Shown: in pieces, positions 25,698 to 35,799 of the stretch
Position numbering within the stretch: the stretch's first letter is position 1
How the letters are laid out: each line of letters opens with the position of its first letter
Virus record (IMG/VR): IMGVR_UViG_3300036861_000572
Coordinates: 2,042 to 66,041 of that record
DNA from: a virus
Taxonomy: Duplodnaviria > Caudoviricetes
Direction: 5' to 3' (one strand)
DNA: 64,000 nucleotides
Program-made: the position numbers and the translations under genes
The notes under the pieces: model-generated
The model's database searches: none
What the model saw: the letters and a program-made list of their open reading frames with translations, nothing else
What the model was told of the DNA's origin: nothing

Positions 25698-27866
25698 TCA
25701 GCCTGGCTGGTCAGGGTCGGCATCAGGACGCAGCTCGACCCGGTTGACGGTCACGGCGTCGGGCGCGTCGGTGACCTGCACATCCGAGCTCGCAGCCGGG
25801 ACGGTCACGTCGGTCGGGTTTGCGTTGACCTCATAGTGCAGGGTGGCGCCTCCCCCCGCCGGCGTGACCGTGAACAGGCTCCGGATCCCGAGCGAGTTGG
25901 GGTCGAGGCGGGCGTCGACGGTCACGTCGCCGGCGACCCCGAACATCGGCATCGTCCGGGTCTTCCCCTTGGCGACCTCGAGGTAGACGGCGTGGACGCC
26001 CATGTCCGGCGTCGCGTCGGAGGAGAACCCGACCCGGACGACCGCGGCGTTGGCCTTGGTCGTGGTCCACCCGCCGGCAGGGGTCCACAGCTTCGCCAGC
26101 CACAGCGGATCGGTCGCCGAGACCGCCGTCGGCGACGCGGCATCATAGGAGGTCGTCGCCGGGATCAGCGCCGCCTCGGTGGTCCCGTCGTGGCCGCGCA
26201 GGCCGAGCGTCCCGGTGCCCGAGCCGGTGCCGCCCCACATCGCCGCCAGCAGCCGGACGCCGGAGACGAACTCGTCGGCGGCGACGGTCGGGTCGGCCAT
26301 CGGGAACTCCATGTAGTCCGACGCCGCCGTGGCGGTCTGGCAGACCCCGTCCGCCGACGCGGAGATGGTCGGGGGGACCTCGTCGAGGGCGTTGCGGGCG
26401 TTGGCGGCGTTCCACGCGGCCAACGTCCCGTTCGAGGTGAACACGCTGAAGTTCGCGGCCGTGCCGCTCACTGACGGGGTGCCGGCCGGATCGACGGTGA
26501 CCAGGGCGACCTTGTGGGGGCCCAGCGGGTAGGCCGAGGAGAACCGGGAGCCGACCACGTCGTCGTAGTCGCAGGTCATCGTCTGGGCGACGTTGCCGCC
26601 CAGGCGCAGGAACGCCAGCTCGGTCGCGCCGACGCTGGTCGTGGTCGCCGCCGGCTGGTCGGTGTAGACCCCGGCGGCGGTCTCCAGCCGCCAGTCGAAC
26701 ACGAAGTCCCCGGCGGTGTTCTTGACCAACAACGGCCGCAGGTCGATCCACACCCACGTGCCCGGCGCGGTGGTGCCTGACTGCCACGCAGGCGTGCCGG
26801 CGGTGTCCCAGCGGACCCCGAACTTGCTGGCCGCGGCGTCGTACAGGATCTGGAACAGCGTCGCCAACCCGCTGGTCCACATGCCTTCGGCGACCACGAC
26901 GGTGCCGGTGGCCGATACCATCCGCAGGTTCAGCCCGTACACCGGGGCCGAGGTCCCGGTCGGGTGGATACGCAACGGCACGTAGCAGGTCGCCCCCGAC
27001 ACAGCGATCCGCAGCCCGTACCCGTCATTGCGACCCGACGCGGCCTGGATGAAGTAGTGGGTGCCCCACGTCCCGGTCGGGGCGGCGCCGAGCAGCTTGT
27101 CGGCCTCGCCGACCGAGGTCGTGTTGGCAATGCCGCCTCCGGTGCCCCAGTCGAACCCGGCCAGCTCGAACAGCGGCGCCCGGATCGGGGAGTCGGCCGC
27201 CCGGTAGACCAGCAGCATCGCCCAGGCGCCATCGCCGGGACCGGCGAACGTCGCCGTGGACTCAAACGCCCCGGTCGTCGTCTGTTCGAACCGGCGTGCA
27301 ATCCCGTGGCCGTAGTGCTCGCCCGAGCCGGCCGCGTCAGCATGGTCGACGACCTCGGAGAACCCATTGGTGTACCCCGACCATGAGCCGGCGCCGGCGG
27401 TGGTCGCGTTGCGCCAACCGAAGACGGCCAGTTGCAACGTGGACAGACCCGAGTTCTCCGGCGTGGTGGTGGTCGACCGGGTCCCGCCGTCCGAGATCGC
27501 CGCCGACGCGCCCGAGGTCGCGGTCGCGTCCAGCGGCAGGACCAGCTCCAGCCCGGACAGCTCGACCACGTACCAGGTGACGTTGCGCGAGAGGCCCGAG
27601 GTGTTGGTGAACGTCCAGGACGACTCGCCAGCTCCCACCCCGGGCTTGCGGTTGGCCGTCGACCCGGAGGAGCCCAGCACCGAGGAGAAATCGACGATGA
27701 AGCCGCCGGGAGGGAGGATCTGGTTGGACACGTTGCTGGTGATAACGACCAGCACCGTGTTCCCGACCGCGGTCCCCGCCGGCAGGGTCACAGCAAACGT
27801 GGCCGACGCCGCGACGGTGGCCCAGCCGGTTGACTCCTGGACGAAGTTGTCAGCCGACAGCGGCAC
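25698..27866 (-). CDS. large beta-rich virion accessory protein
   Basis: GAGG RBS; about 720 aa, T/S/A/G-rich. Confidence 0.7.
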   Translation of the reverse strand: MPLSADNFVQESTGWATVAASATFAVTLPAGTAVGNTVLVVITSNVSNQILPPGGFIVDFSSVLGSSGSTANRKPGVGAGESSWTFTNTSGLSRNVTWYVVELSGLELVLPLDATATSGASAAISDGGTRSTTTTPENSGLSTLQLAVFGWRNATTAGAGSWSGYTNGFSEVVDHADAAGSGEHYGHGIARRFEQTTTGAFESTATFAGPGDGAWAMLLVYRAADSPIRAPLFELAGFDWGTGGGIANTTSVGEADKLLGAAPTGTWGTHYFIQAASGRNDGYGLRIAVSGATCYVPLRIHPTGTSAPVYGLNLRMVSATGTVVVAEGMWTSGLATLFQILYDAAASKFGVRWDTAGTPAWQSGTTAPGTWVWIDLRPLLVKNTAGDFVFDWRLETAAGVYTDQPAATTTSVGATELAFLRLGGNVAQTMTCDYDDVVGSRFSSAYPLGPHKVALVTVDPAGTPSVSGTAANFSVFTSNGTLAAWNAANARNALDEVPPTISASADGVCQTATAASDYMEFPMADPTVAADEFVSGVRLLAAMWGGTGSGTGTLGLRGHDGTTEAALIPATTSYDAASPTAVSATDPLWLAKLWTPAGGWTTTKANAAVVRVGFSSDATPDMGVHAVYLEVAKGKTRTMPMFGVAGDVTVDARLDPNSLGIRSLFTVTPAGGGATLHYEVNANPTDVTVPAASSDVQVTDAPDAVTVNRVELRPDADPDQPG

Positions 27867-27901
27867 CGGGCATACCTCGCAGGCGTCGTGGGAACAGTTG
27901 G

Positions 27902-28022
27902 AGGGGTGGAAGTAACCAGCCGGACCGTCCGGCTTTCTCGCCGCCCAGAACGCCCTGGGCGGCTCGGCGACGGCGACGGCGGCCGAGGTGGCCGTCTGGA
28001 TCGCCGAGGACTGACCGCCCCT
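27902..28022 (+). ncRNA. candidate four-way-junction RNA
   Basis: closing stem AGGGGTGG/CCGCCCCT enclosing three hairpins. Confidence 0.35.
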
Positions 28023-28053
28023 GCGGGCGCGGCCGGGCGCGGCGAGCATGCCG

Positions 28054-28100
28054 CGCCGGACGGGTGGCGCGGGGCCCCGGCTCGAGCCACCCGTCCGGCG
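28054..28100 (-). terminator. 15-bp hairpin after the glycosyltransferase gene
   Basis: CGCCGGACGGGTGGC ... GCCACCCGTCCGGCG. Confidence 0.6.
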
Positions 28101-28101
28101 A

Positions 28102-30059
28102 CTAGTCCTTCGAGGCCGGGACCGGCGCGGGGGTGCAAAGCAGGTAGTCGGCCTGCTGGACCACGTCGCTGGTCCCGTCCGGCATCCACGTCGTCGGTAC
28201 GGTGTGAGCGACCTCCCATTCGTACCCGACGCGTTCCAGGCACGCTTCGAGGTCGGCGCGGGTGTAGTACCCGTAGATGTCGTGCAGCTCGACGAACAGG
28301 GCCGGCCGGTACCGTTCGAGGAGGCCGGCCATCCCGTCGATGGCGTGGATGTCGGCGCCTTCGACGTCGAGCTTGATGAGGTCGAGGCGGTCCACACCGC
28401 TGGCGAGCACCTCATCGAGCCGGGCAGCCATGACGACCCCATCGCCGTTCAGGGGGCCGTCACGAAGCGGCAGAACCCGGGTGGAACCGCCCGCGACCTG
28501 GTTGTAGGGATCCTCCAGCCGGAGCATCGCCGAGGAGTCCCATGCGGCGATCTCGTTCACGCTGATCTTGCCGCCGAGGTCGTTCATGGCGATGTTGCGC
28601 CGCAGCGTCGACGCGGTGACCGGGTTGGCCTCGACCGCGATCACCCGGGATGCCTTGGCGGCCAGCCGCAACGACCAGTGGCCGACGTGGGCGCCGACGT
28701 CCAGGAACACCCCGCCCTCCGGCAGCAGCCCCTCAAGGATCGGCCACAGATCCTGCTCGTGGGGGTCGGGGCCGAGCTGGTCGCCGGCCTTCCCGCCACG
28801 GTCGACCCACAGCAGCCCGTCCGCCTCCCGGATCTTCACCGGCATCCGCGCCGGGTCCGGCGGCCGGGTCAGGTCCTCGCGGCGGCGCTCCAACGCGTCG
28901 GCGAACCGGTCCAGCGCCGGCCGCCAGTAGCGGTCGACGACCCGGTCGGCGTCGTAGGCTTGCGCGAACGCCCACGCCTCGGCCCGGACGTCCTCACTGC
29001 GGGCCTGGTCGTAGGCTTCCTCGTACGCCTGGGCGATCTCTGAGATGCGGGGCACGGCCGCCCAGCCGCCCTGGGAGTCGTGCCACATCCGCTCGTAGCC
29101 GACCTTCCACCCCGCGCCGACCAGCTCCGGCATCGCCGTCGCATCCGTCACCACGACGGGGACGCCGCACGCCTGTGCCTCCACGATCGGGATGCCGAAC
29201 CCCTCCCCGTACGAGCAGTTACTCAGCACGTCGCAGGCCCGGTACACCTCCGCCACCGCCGCCGGGTTCAAGCCCTTCCGGTAGGCGTAGACGTCGGTGT
29301 ACGTGTAGGAGCCCTTCGGCAGCATCCGTTCCAGGAACGGCCGCAGCCGCATCCCGGCGGGCTGGTCGACGTCGCAGTGCAGGACCAGCATCGCGTCGGA
29401 GTGCTTGCGGCGGAGCTCGGCGAACGCGGCGACCTGCTCGGCGAACGCCTTGCGGTTGCCGTCCCGGCCGACGTTGTTGGCGACCATCCCCACCACGAAC
29501 GCATCCTCCGGCAAGCCCACGCCCTGCCGGGCGGCGGCCTGGTCACCCGGCGCGAATGTCGCGGTGTCGATGCCGTGGGGAACGTAGACCGGGCTGAACC
29601 CCGCGTCCTGCAAGGCCCGCTCGCCGAAGCGGCTCATGGCGATCGGGATGGCGCCCATCACGTTGAACCAGGAGCGGACGACGTCGGGGACGGCGAGGTG
29701 GTCGATCGGCACCCATGATGCGACGGCGAGCTGGTCGAGCAGGGGGCTCTCGAACGTCCACACGTCGCCGAGGGTGACGATGATCCCGCGGCAGGACGCC
29801 TCGTGCAGGCTCTTGGAGGAGTGGGCGTCGAAGTGGTGCAGGGCGTGGGGGACGATCACGTCCGACCCATATGAGGCGCTGTAGGACGGGTAGATCTTGA
29901 TCCCGTTCCACTCCATCTCCGAGCCCTGGTGGCCGTAGTACGCCGAGATGGCGAGGTCGTGGCCGAGGGCTTTGATGCGGGGCGCCATGATGCCGGTCTG
30001 CGTCCCGTAGCCGGTCAGGTGGGTGCCCATGGCGCCACCGAGTGCCACAAGATTTTCAC
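28102..30059 (-). CDS. GT4-like glycosyltransferase fused to FkbM methyltransferase; 5-nt interruption after codon 14
   Basis: EGFGIPIVEAQACGVPVV; FLDVGAHVG, IKLDVEG; N-terminus MKILWHSVAPWAPT lies in another frame, separated from GYGTQ by TGACC. Confidence 0.85.
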
Positions 30060-30604
30060 CCCAGCATCACCTCCTTCTTCGCGCCGTGCCGAGTCATGTG
30101 GCACAGGGCGCATAGCGAGATGAGATTGGCTGGGGCGTCATTCAGCTTGTTCTCATCGATGTGGTGGACATGAAGCGCGGACCCCCAACGCTGCCGGCAT
30201 TCACCGCAGTCCTGGCAGGTCCACCGGTCACGGTCGCGGATCGTGTTGGCCAGCTCTGTCCAGTTCTTGGAGTACGGCCATTGGGCGACGCCGCCCTTCC
30301 AGGCGGTGTTCGCCTGGCCCAGGTGGCGGTTCATCCGCGATTCCGACCGGCTGCGCCGCGCGATGCCGTACTTGCGCATGAACTTCAGGATGGTGGAGTG
30401 GTTCACGCCGCACGCGGCGGCGATCTCCCACGTCGTCTGCCCATTCGCGTAGGTGCGGCGCAGCCACGCCGCATCCTTGTAGGTGGCAGGCTGCCGGTAG
30501 TGACCAGGCCGGTAGCGATACCAGCGACGGTGGCTTGAGTCCCATGTGACCAGGTTGCTGCAGCCACACGCGCACACCGGAGCGGGGGCAGTACGATCGT
30601 TCAC
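30056..30604 (-). CDS. HNH endonuclease with HTH
   Basis: CACGC; WKGG; IRDRDRWTCQDCG...VHHIDENKLND..NLISLC..CH. Confidence 0.9.
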   Translation of the reverse strand: MNDRTAPAPVCACGCSNLVTWDSSHRRWYRYRPGHYRQPATYKDAAWLRRTYANGQTTWEIAAACGVNHSTILKFMRKYGIARRSRSESRMNRHLGQANTAWKGGVAQWPYSKNWTELANTIRDRDRWTCQDCGECRQRWGSALHVHHIDENKLNDAPANLISLCALCHMTRHGAKKEVMLG

Positions 30605-30682
30605 GCGGTCCCTCCTAACCAGGGATCGAAGTGGCCCGGGGGGACGCTCGCTACGTCCCCCGGGCTGCGCTTTTCCACTCTA

Positions 30683-30829
30683 TCAGGCCGTGTGGACAGC
30701 CTTGACGTGGTCGTCCAGCCGGCGGGTCCGCACGATCGCGTAGCAGGTCGGGCACTCGACGGCGATCGGCTGGGCGTCGGTCTCGGCGGCGTCGATGTCG
30801 ATCCAGACCGCCGTGGCGACCGGAGTCAC
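30683..30829 (-). CDS. small C2H2-type Zn-finger protein
   Basis: CPTC...DDHVKAVH; GTGA coupling. Confidence 0.5.
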   Translation of the reverse strand: MTPVATAVWIDIDAAETDAQPIAVECPTCYAIVRTRRLDDHVKAVHTA

Positions 30830-31113
30830 TTGCTCGACTTCCCGGCCGGGTGGGTCTGCTTGGCGGGCTCCTTGGCCGGCTCCTTCGCCGCCGCCTTGGG
30901 CTCCGCCTTGGCCGGCTCCTTGGCGGGCTCCTTCTCCGCCTTGGCCTTCACGTCCTCGACCAGGGTCGCGTGCGGCGTCGCCGCCCAGCCCTTCGCCCAC
31001 GCGACCGCCTTCTCATCACGGTCGTCGACCTCGATGAGGGTGTCGGGCGCCCAGCCGACCATCTGGCCGTTCCAGTCGCGACCGGACAGCGGGCCGTGGA
31101 TGGTGATCTTCAC
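30826..31113 (-). CDS. small protein with KEPAK repeats
   Basis: typical post-capsid small gene; coupled start. Confidence 0.65.
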   Translation of the reverse strand: MKITIHGPLSGRDWNGQMVGWAPDTLIEVDDRDEKAVAWAKGWAATPHATLVEDVKAKAEKEPAKEPAKAEPKAAAKEPAKEPAKQTHPAGKSSK

Positions 31114-31325
31114 TTCCCGCCGCCACCCCCTCCCTGGCCGTGGCCCTGGGCGACGGCGGCGCTGCCGCGCGACCGCGCGACTGCGGGGCTGACCGGCTTG
31201 CCGTCGGCCTGCGGCGCGGGACGCTCTGGCGCGCGGGACGGGTTGCCGTCCGGGGTGCCCTGCGCGTTGCGGGGCGAGTCCGGCAGCGGCGGGACCGGCG
31301 GTCCGGCAGTCTGCTTGGCCATCAT
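31110..31325 (-). CDS. small hypothetical protein
   Basis: AGGAGG RBS. Confidence 0.55.
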   Translation of the reverse strand: MMAKQTAGPPVPPLPDSPRNAQGTPDGNPSRAPERPAPQADGKPVSPAVARSRGSAAVAQGHGQGGGGGGK

Positions 31326-31337
31326 GACCTCCTGTCG

Positions 31338-31724
31338 TCAGAAGACCCAGGCGTCGATCGTGTTGGTGACGTTGGTATTGGCCGACATGGTCACCCGCAG
31401 GTACCGCCATGGCGCGTCGCGTTGCAGGTACTTGCGCACCGTGGTCGCGGTGGTGATGACGAACGTGGCCACGCTGACCGTGCCCGGGGTCGCCGAATCG
31501 GCATACGGGATCGCGAACCAGGTGGTGCCGTCGACGGAGCCCTCGATGGCGTACGTGCAGGTCGGGGTCGCCCCGATGGCGGTCGTGATCTGGAGCAGGA
31601 CGACACCGGTGCGGCCGCCCCGGTCGATGGTGTTGGTGGTGGCGCCGTTGCCGGTCTGCGCGGTGGCGAGGTTGACAGCCGCCGGCGTGTACGGCGCGCC
31701 GACGTCGGTGGTCAGGGTCGCCAT
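31338..31724 (-). CDS. probable capsid decoration protein
   Basis: IEGSVDGTTWF...WRYLRV; directly after the major capsid gene. Confidence 0.6.
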   Translation of the reverse strand: MATLTTDVGAPYTPAAVNLATAQTGNGATTNTIDRGGRTGVVLLQITTAIGATPTCTYAIEGSVDGTTWFAIPYADSATPGTVSVATFVITTATTVRKYLQRDAPWRYLRVTMSANTNVTNTIDAWVF

Positions 31725-31746
31725 CGCTTCCCTTCCTGGTGTGAGG

Positions 31747-31778
31747 CCGCGGGCGGGGCTCCTCCGCCCCGCCCGCGG
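31747..31778 (-). terminator. hairpin after the major capsid gene
   Basis: CCGCGGGCGGGGC-TCCTCC-GCCCCGCCCGCGG. Confidence 0.6.
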
Positions 31779-31785
31779 ACGTGGG

Positions 31786-33042
31786 CTACAGCAGGTACTT
31801 CGCGAAGGCAGCCGGGCGGATTACGTCTCCCCCGACGCGCTGGCGGAACAGGAACCCGACCAGGCCCTGGTCGGCGTAGCGCTCGTCGAGACGCTGCACC
31901 GTGATCCGCTGCCGGTCGGCGACCATGTAGCCGCTTCGCACGTCGCCGAACAGGATCGCCGGGTCCACGAACGTGGTCGTCGCCGCCATCGACGGCAACC
32001 CCGACAGGCGGTAGAACGGCCGGCCGAACAGCACGTCCGGCTGCCCCGCCTGGTTCGACGGCTGCCACAGGTAGTTCGACGTTGAGTCCTTCAGCAGCGC
32101 GATCGCCTGGGTCGCGTCGTCCGAGGCGAGGTAGACGCCCTGGTTGGCGAACCTCGCGGTGATCACGTACTGCATCTGCTTGAGCTGGTCGGGGCTGACC
32201 GCCGACGCCGCCGCGGTGACGCCCTGCGCCGCGGGGATCGCCCCGCCGACGGTCGCCCTGGTCGCCAGCCCGAACGGCTTGGACGTGCCGTTCCCTGCCG
32301 CGAAGGCGTCGTCCTCCATCTCGGCGAACTTCGCCCCAACGATCTCCTGGACCAGCGAGACGAGGTTGGCGTCGGTGTCCATCAGCTGGTCGGTGCCGAT
32401 CTGGACCAGCGCGACGAGGTCCTGGACGGTGACCTGGTTGGGGCCGGTCGCCGCGACGGCGGCGTCGGTCGGCGGGGTCGCGCCCAGCTCGAGCTGGCCC
32501 CACCCGGCGGTCGCGTTGGTCAGCGCGCGGACGTCGACGAGGTTGGACGTGGTCGGCCGGACCAGCGCCAGATCGCGCAGCACCCCCAGCCGCGGCAGGG
32601 TCAGGAAGATCGGCCCGGCAAGGTCGTGGGGAACGATGATCTGGCCGGTCGCGTTCTCTACGATCGCGGCCTTCTCCTCCATGTTGAGCGCGCCGACGCC
32701 GCCGCGGAGCGCCTTGGCGAACCGCTCGACGTTGATCCGGTGGGACGCCTCCCCGACCGGGCCGCCGCCGTTGGCCTTGGCCTGCGCGACGTCGGCGACG
32801 GCCTTGGTCGCAAGGGCCGGGCTGGTGCCGTCCGGCTCCGAGCCCCACGACTCCAGGTCGGCGTGCTCCCGTTCGGCGGTCGCCAGCTCCCGCAGGCGGA
32901 ACGCCTCCTTGTTGAGCGCCTTCATGTTCGCCAGCTCTTCGGCGGGCATCAGCGTCGGGTCCGCGTAACGGTCCTTGATCGCCCGAGCCAGCGCGATGCA
33001 GTTCAGCGCCTTGTCCGTCAGGTCCTGCACCCGCGTGGTCAT
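31786..33042 (-). CDS. HK97-fold major capsid protein
   Basis: GNGTSKPFG, LKDSTSNYLWQP, LFGRP, ILFGD, RVGG. Confidence 0.95.
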   Translation of the reverse strand: MTTRVQDLTDKALNCIALARAIKDRYADPTLMPAEELANMKALNKEAFRLRELATAEREHADLESWGSEPDGTSPALATKAVADVAQAKANGGGPVGEASHRINVERFAKALRGGVGALNMEEKAAIVENATGQIIVPHDLAGPIFLTLPRLGVLRDLALVRPTTSNLVDVRALTNATAGWGQLELGATPPTDAAVAATGPNQVTVQDLVALVQIGTDQLMDTDANLVSLVQEIVGAKFAEMEDDAFAAGNGTSKPFGLATRATVGGAIPAAQGVTAAASAVSPDQLKQMQYVITARFANQGVYLASDDATQAIALLKDSTSNYLWQPSNQAGQPDVLFGRPFYRLSGLPSMAATTTFVDPAILFGDVRSGYMVADRQRITVQRLDERYADQGLVGFLFRQRVGGDVIRPAAFAKYLL

Positions 33043-33048
33043 ACCGCT

Positions 33049-34017
33049 TCAGTTTCCTTTCCGCGCGTTCTGCGCTTGCAGCTCGGCTTCGAGCCGGTCG
33101 AGGTCGCCCATCGCCTGGGCGACCTCCAGCGGGGCAAGGGCTCCGGCACGTGCCAGAGGCGGCGTGCCGACGAGTGCGCCGTCGCGCGGCTCGAGGTGGA
33201 TCACGCGCAACGCGTACGCGGTGGCGTCGTCGATGCGGTGGCGGAGTGCCTGGTGCTCGGCTTCCGCCTGGGTGGCCGCAGTGTCCCCGGCCGGGGAGGC
33301 GTCAGGCTGGCCGGTGGGGGCGGCTGCGTCGGAAGTGGGTTCCGGCTCGTCGGCCGGCCCGGCTTCCTGGGGTGCTGCATCCCCGGCGTCGGGGTGATAG
33401 GCGCCGAGCAGGGCGTCCACGGCGGCCTTGCTCGCGACTGCGGGCAGGCCGAGCGCCTTGCCCATCGCGTCGGCGAACGCCTCGTAGTCCAGGGTCGTGG
33501 TCTCCGGCGGCGGGCTGGTGCCGGCCGACTTCACCGAGGTGAGCTGCGCCTCGGGGTTGGCGGGGATCGGCGTCAGCGAGATCTCGAACAGCCGCACCTC
33601 GCTGAGCACCCGGACGATCTCGCCGTCGCCGCCGCGCTTGAACGTCACGCCGTCGGGCATCGGCAGCCAGCCGATCGAGACGCCGGTCAGGTGGCCTTCC
33701 AGCGCCTTGGTCCGCACCGCCTGCGAAGCCTCGTCGCTGGCGAAGCCGGCGCGGAACCACAGCCCGGTCGCGTCCTCCTTCGCGGAGGAGACGCTGCCGA
33801 GCAGGGTCTTGGCGCTGTCGGCCAGGTGGCCGTCGACCAGTGGGATGTTGCCCTTGGCGCGGCTCCAGTCGGACAGGGTCTTCTTGAACGCGCCCTTCAG
33901 GATGAGGTCGCCCTGCAGGTCGACGTTGCCGAAGACCGCGGCGTGGCCCTCGATCTCGCCGCTGCCGTCGCTGGCCGCCTTCCACTGGATCGGAAGCTGC
34001 CACCGCTCACGTTCCAT
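33049..34017 (-). CDS. HK97 prohead protease
   Basis: IEGHAAVFGNVD..GD...GAF; GVSIG; LFEISL...PAN. Confidence 0.93.
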   Translation of the reverse strand: MERERWQLPIQWKAASDGSGEIEGHAAVFGNVDLQGDLILKGAFKKTLSDWSRAKGNIPLVDGHLADSAKTLLGSVSSAKEDATGLWFRAGFASDEASQAVRTKALEGHLTGVSIGWLPMPDGVTFKRGGDGEIVRVLSEVRLFEISLTPIPANPEAQLTSVKSAGTSPPPETTTLDYEAFADAMGKALGLPAVASKAAVDALLGAYHPDAGDAAPQEAGPADEPEPTSDAAAPTGQPDASPAGDTAATQAEAEHQALRHRIDDATAYALRVIHLEPRDGALVGTPPLARAGALAPLEVAQAMGDLDRLEAELQAQNARKGN

Positions 34018-35446
34018 CAGTCACTCCTGCAAGTTGGCGATGGCCGTTGCGGGCGGCCAGCTGCTTGTGTTCGGCGAGGAACGCCTCGGCGTAGGACGCC
34101 GCGGCCAGCCGCGGCGGCTGCCTGCCGGTCGCGGCGGGGGCGGCGGGGGCGGCGGGGGCGGCGGGGGCGGCGGGGGCGGGGGCTTGGAGCTCGCCGTCGG
34201 CGGGCATCGGCACGACCCCGGCCGGCATCAGGAACACATCCCCGTTTCCGACCGGGTCCAGGCCGACGGTGCGGCGGAAGTCGTTCAGGGTCACCCCGCC
34301 ACGGGCCAGCGCGTTCGTCGCGCGGTCCCAGCGGGCCTGCTCCGACTCCTGCAACGCCAGGACCTGGCTGTTGTCCCACCGCAGCTCCACCCGCGCCCGG
34401 CCGACGCCGGAGAACTCCGGAAGGAGCCGGGTGCGGACCGGTTCGAGGAAGCGGCGCTGCAGCGGCATCACCGTCTCCTCCCAGAAGGAGACCCTGGCCT
34501 CGCCGTAGTTCGTGAACGTAGAACGGTCAAGTCCGACTTTCGCGCCAACGAGGATAGGCGGGACGCCCAGCGCCATGCAGATCCGCGACTCACTGATCGT
34601 GCGGAGGTCGGGGAACTCCAGGTCCCGCAGGTTCAGGCCCAGGACCTTGACGTCCATGCCCATCTGCAGGAACGACGGCTCGCCGCGGCGGGTGTTGCGC
34701 CGCCACATCGCCCTGAGCTTGTCGGCGACGGTCTGGTCGATCTCCTGCTGCGTTGTCACGACCACCCGCGGCACCGCGTCGTTGCGCAGCAGGCCGTCGA
34801 CGAAGTCGGTCGCGGCGTTGTCCAACGTCGACGCCCGCGACGCCGGGCGTAGCGGCGCCTGCCCGAAGTACTGGTCCAGGGGGTTGGGGTACTTGATGTG
34901 GATCAGGTCCCCCACCGGGATCGGCACGACCTCGGGATCCTGCCCGCGGGCGGCCGCGGACGGGTCCAGGACGTAGCCGTAGCGCCACACCCGCGGGTCC
35001 ATGCTCGGCAGGACCCGGACCAGGTCCGGGCGCAGCGGCCACAGCTCCGCCGGCAGCCCGTCACGGGCCCGCTGGACGAGCCAGTAGCAGTTCCCGGCAA
35101 GGTCGAGGTAGGTCACCGACAGCTCGAAGAACTCGAACTCGTTGGTGATCGGGTTCGGCTGCGCGATCAGCTGCCGCAGCCGGTGGCCCTCCAACGGCTC
35201 CCCGCCCGCCGACGTCGGGTACACCCGCAGCACCGACTGCGGCAGCGACTGCGCCTTCTCACTGATGCACGCGAACACGAGCTCGTTGCGGCCGTAGCCG
35301 TTGCGGGCGAACGTCTCGTAGGACGAGTCGGGATACAGCATCCCGTCGAGGTTCGGCTTGCCGCCGCCGAACGGCGGCATCGGGATGACGGCCTGGTCCC
35401 CGGACGGAACCTGCAGGCCGATGTCCTTGCGGCTGAGCCAGCCCAT
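34007..35446 (-). CDS. HK97-type portal protein
   Basis: LAGNCYW..ELWPLRPD..; IC.ALGVPP.LVG...TFTNY.EA...FW. Confidence 0.95.
   Translation of the reverse strand: MGWLSRKDIGLQVPSGDQAVIPMPPFGGGKPNLDGMLYPDSSYETFARNGYGRNELVFACISEKAQSLPQSVLRVYPTSAGGEPLEGHRLRQLIAQPNPITNEFEFFELSVTYLDLAGNCYWLVQRARDGLPAELWPLRPDLVRVLPSMDPRVWRYGYVLDPSAAARGQDPEVVPIPVGDLIHIKYPNPLDQYFGQAPLRPASRASTLDNAATDFVDGLLRNDAVPRVVVTTQQEIDQTVADKLRAMWRRNTRRGEPSFLQMGMDVKVLGLNLRDLEFPDLRTISESRICMALGVPPILVGAKVGLDRSTFTNYGEARVSFWEETVMPLQRRFLEPVRTRLLPEFSGVGRARVELRWDNSQVLALQESEQARWDRATNALARGGVTLNDFRRTVGLDPVGNGDVFLMPAGVVPMPADGELQAPAPAAPAAPAAPAAPAATGRQPPRLAAASYAEAFLAEHKQLAARNGHRQLAGVTDGT
34131..34180. repeat. 9-bp tandem repeat (PAA)n in the portal C-terminus
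   Basis: about five copies of GCGGCGGGG. Confidence 0.85.
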
Positions 35447-35447
35447 C

Positions 35448-35783
35448 TCAGGCGTTCCACCCGACGAGGAGGGAGACCCCGCCGGCGAGGGCGCCGGCGA
35501 CGACCAGGCTCACGCCGAAACCGGCGGCGAGCAGCACCCCGACCGGGACCGCGACCATCCCGGCAGCCATGAGCACCGCAGCGACCGCCCGCCGTGGCGC
35601 GGCCCACGCCGCAGCGACGGCTGCGCGGGCGCGCCGCTCGACGGCTGGCAGCCACACGGGCTGCTCACGGGGCCAGGCCACCTCGGCCAGGACCCCGGCG
35701 GCGAGCAGCGCCCACCCCACGCCGGCCAGCACGCCGATCCCGGCGACGAGGCAGGCGATCATCACGATCCGGCGAGCCATCAT
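35448..35783 (-). CDS. small multi-TM protein
   Basis: hydrophobic; between terminase and portal genes. Confidence 0.65.
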   Translation of the reverse strand: MMARRIVMIACLVAGIGVLAGVGWALLAAGVLAEVAWPREQPVWLPAVERRARAAVAAAWAAPRRAVAAVLMAAGMVAVPVGVLLAAGFGVSLVVAGALAGGVSLLVGWNA

Positions 35784-35799
35784 GGCCGTTGGGGGCCTT

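Noticed and set aside
27945-28014. Protein-like fragment LGGSATATAAEVAVWIAED on the plus strand
   Set aside because: No start codon after the upstream TAA; better explained by the stem-loop structure.
30850-30950. KEPAK repeats (and the portal PAA repeats at 34131-34180) as a non-coding array
   Set aside because: In-frame low-complexity linkers.
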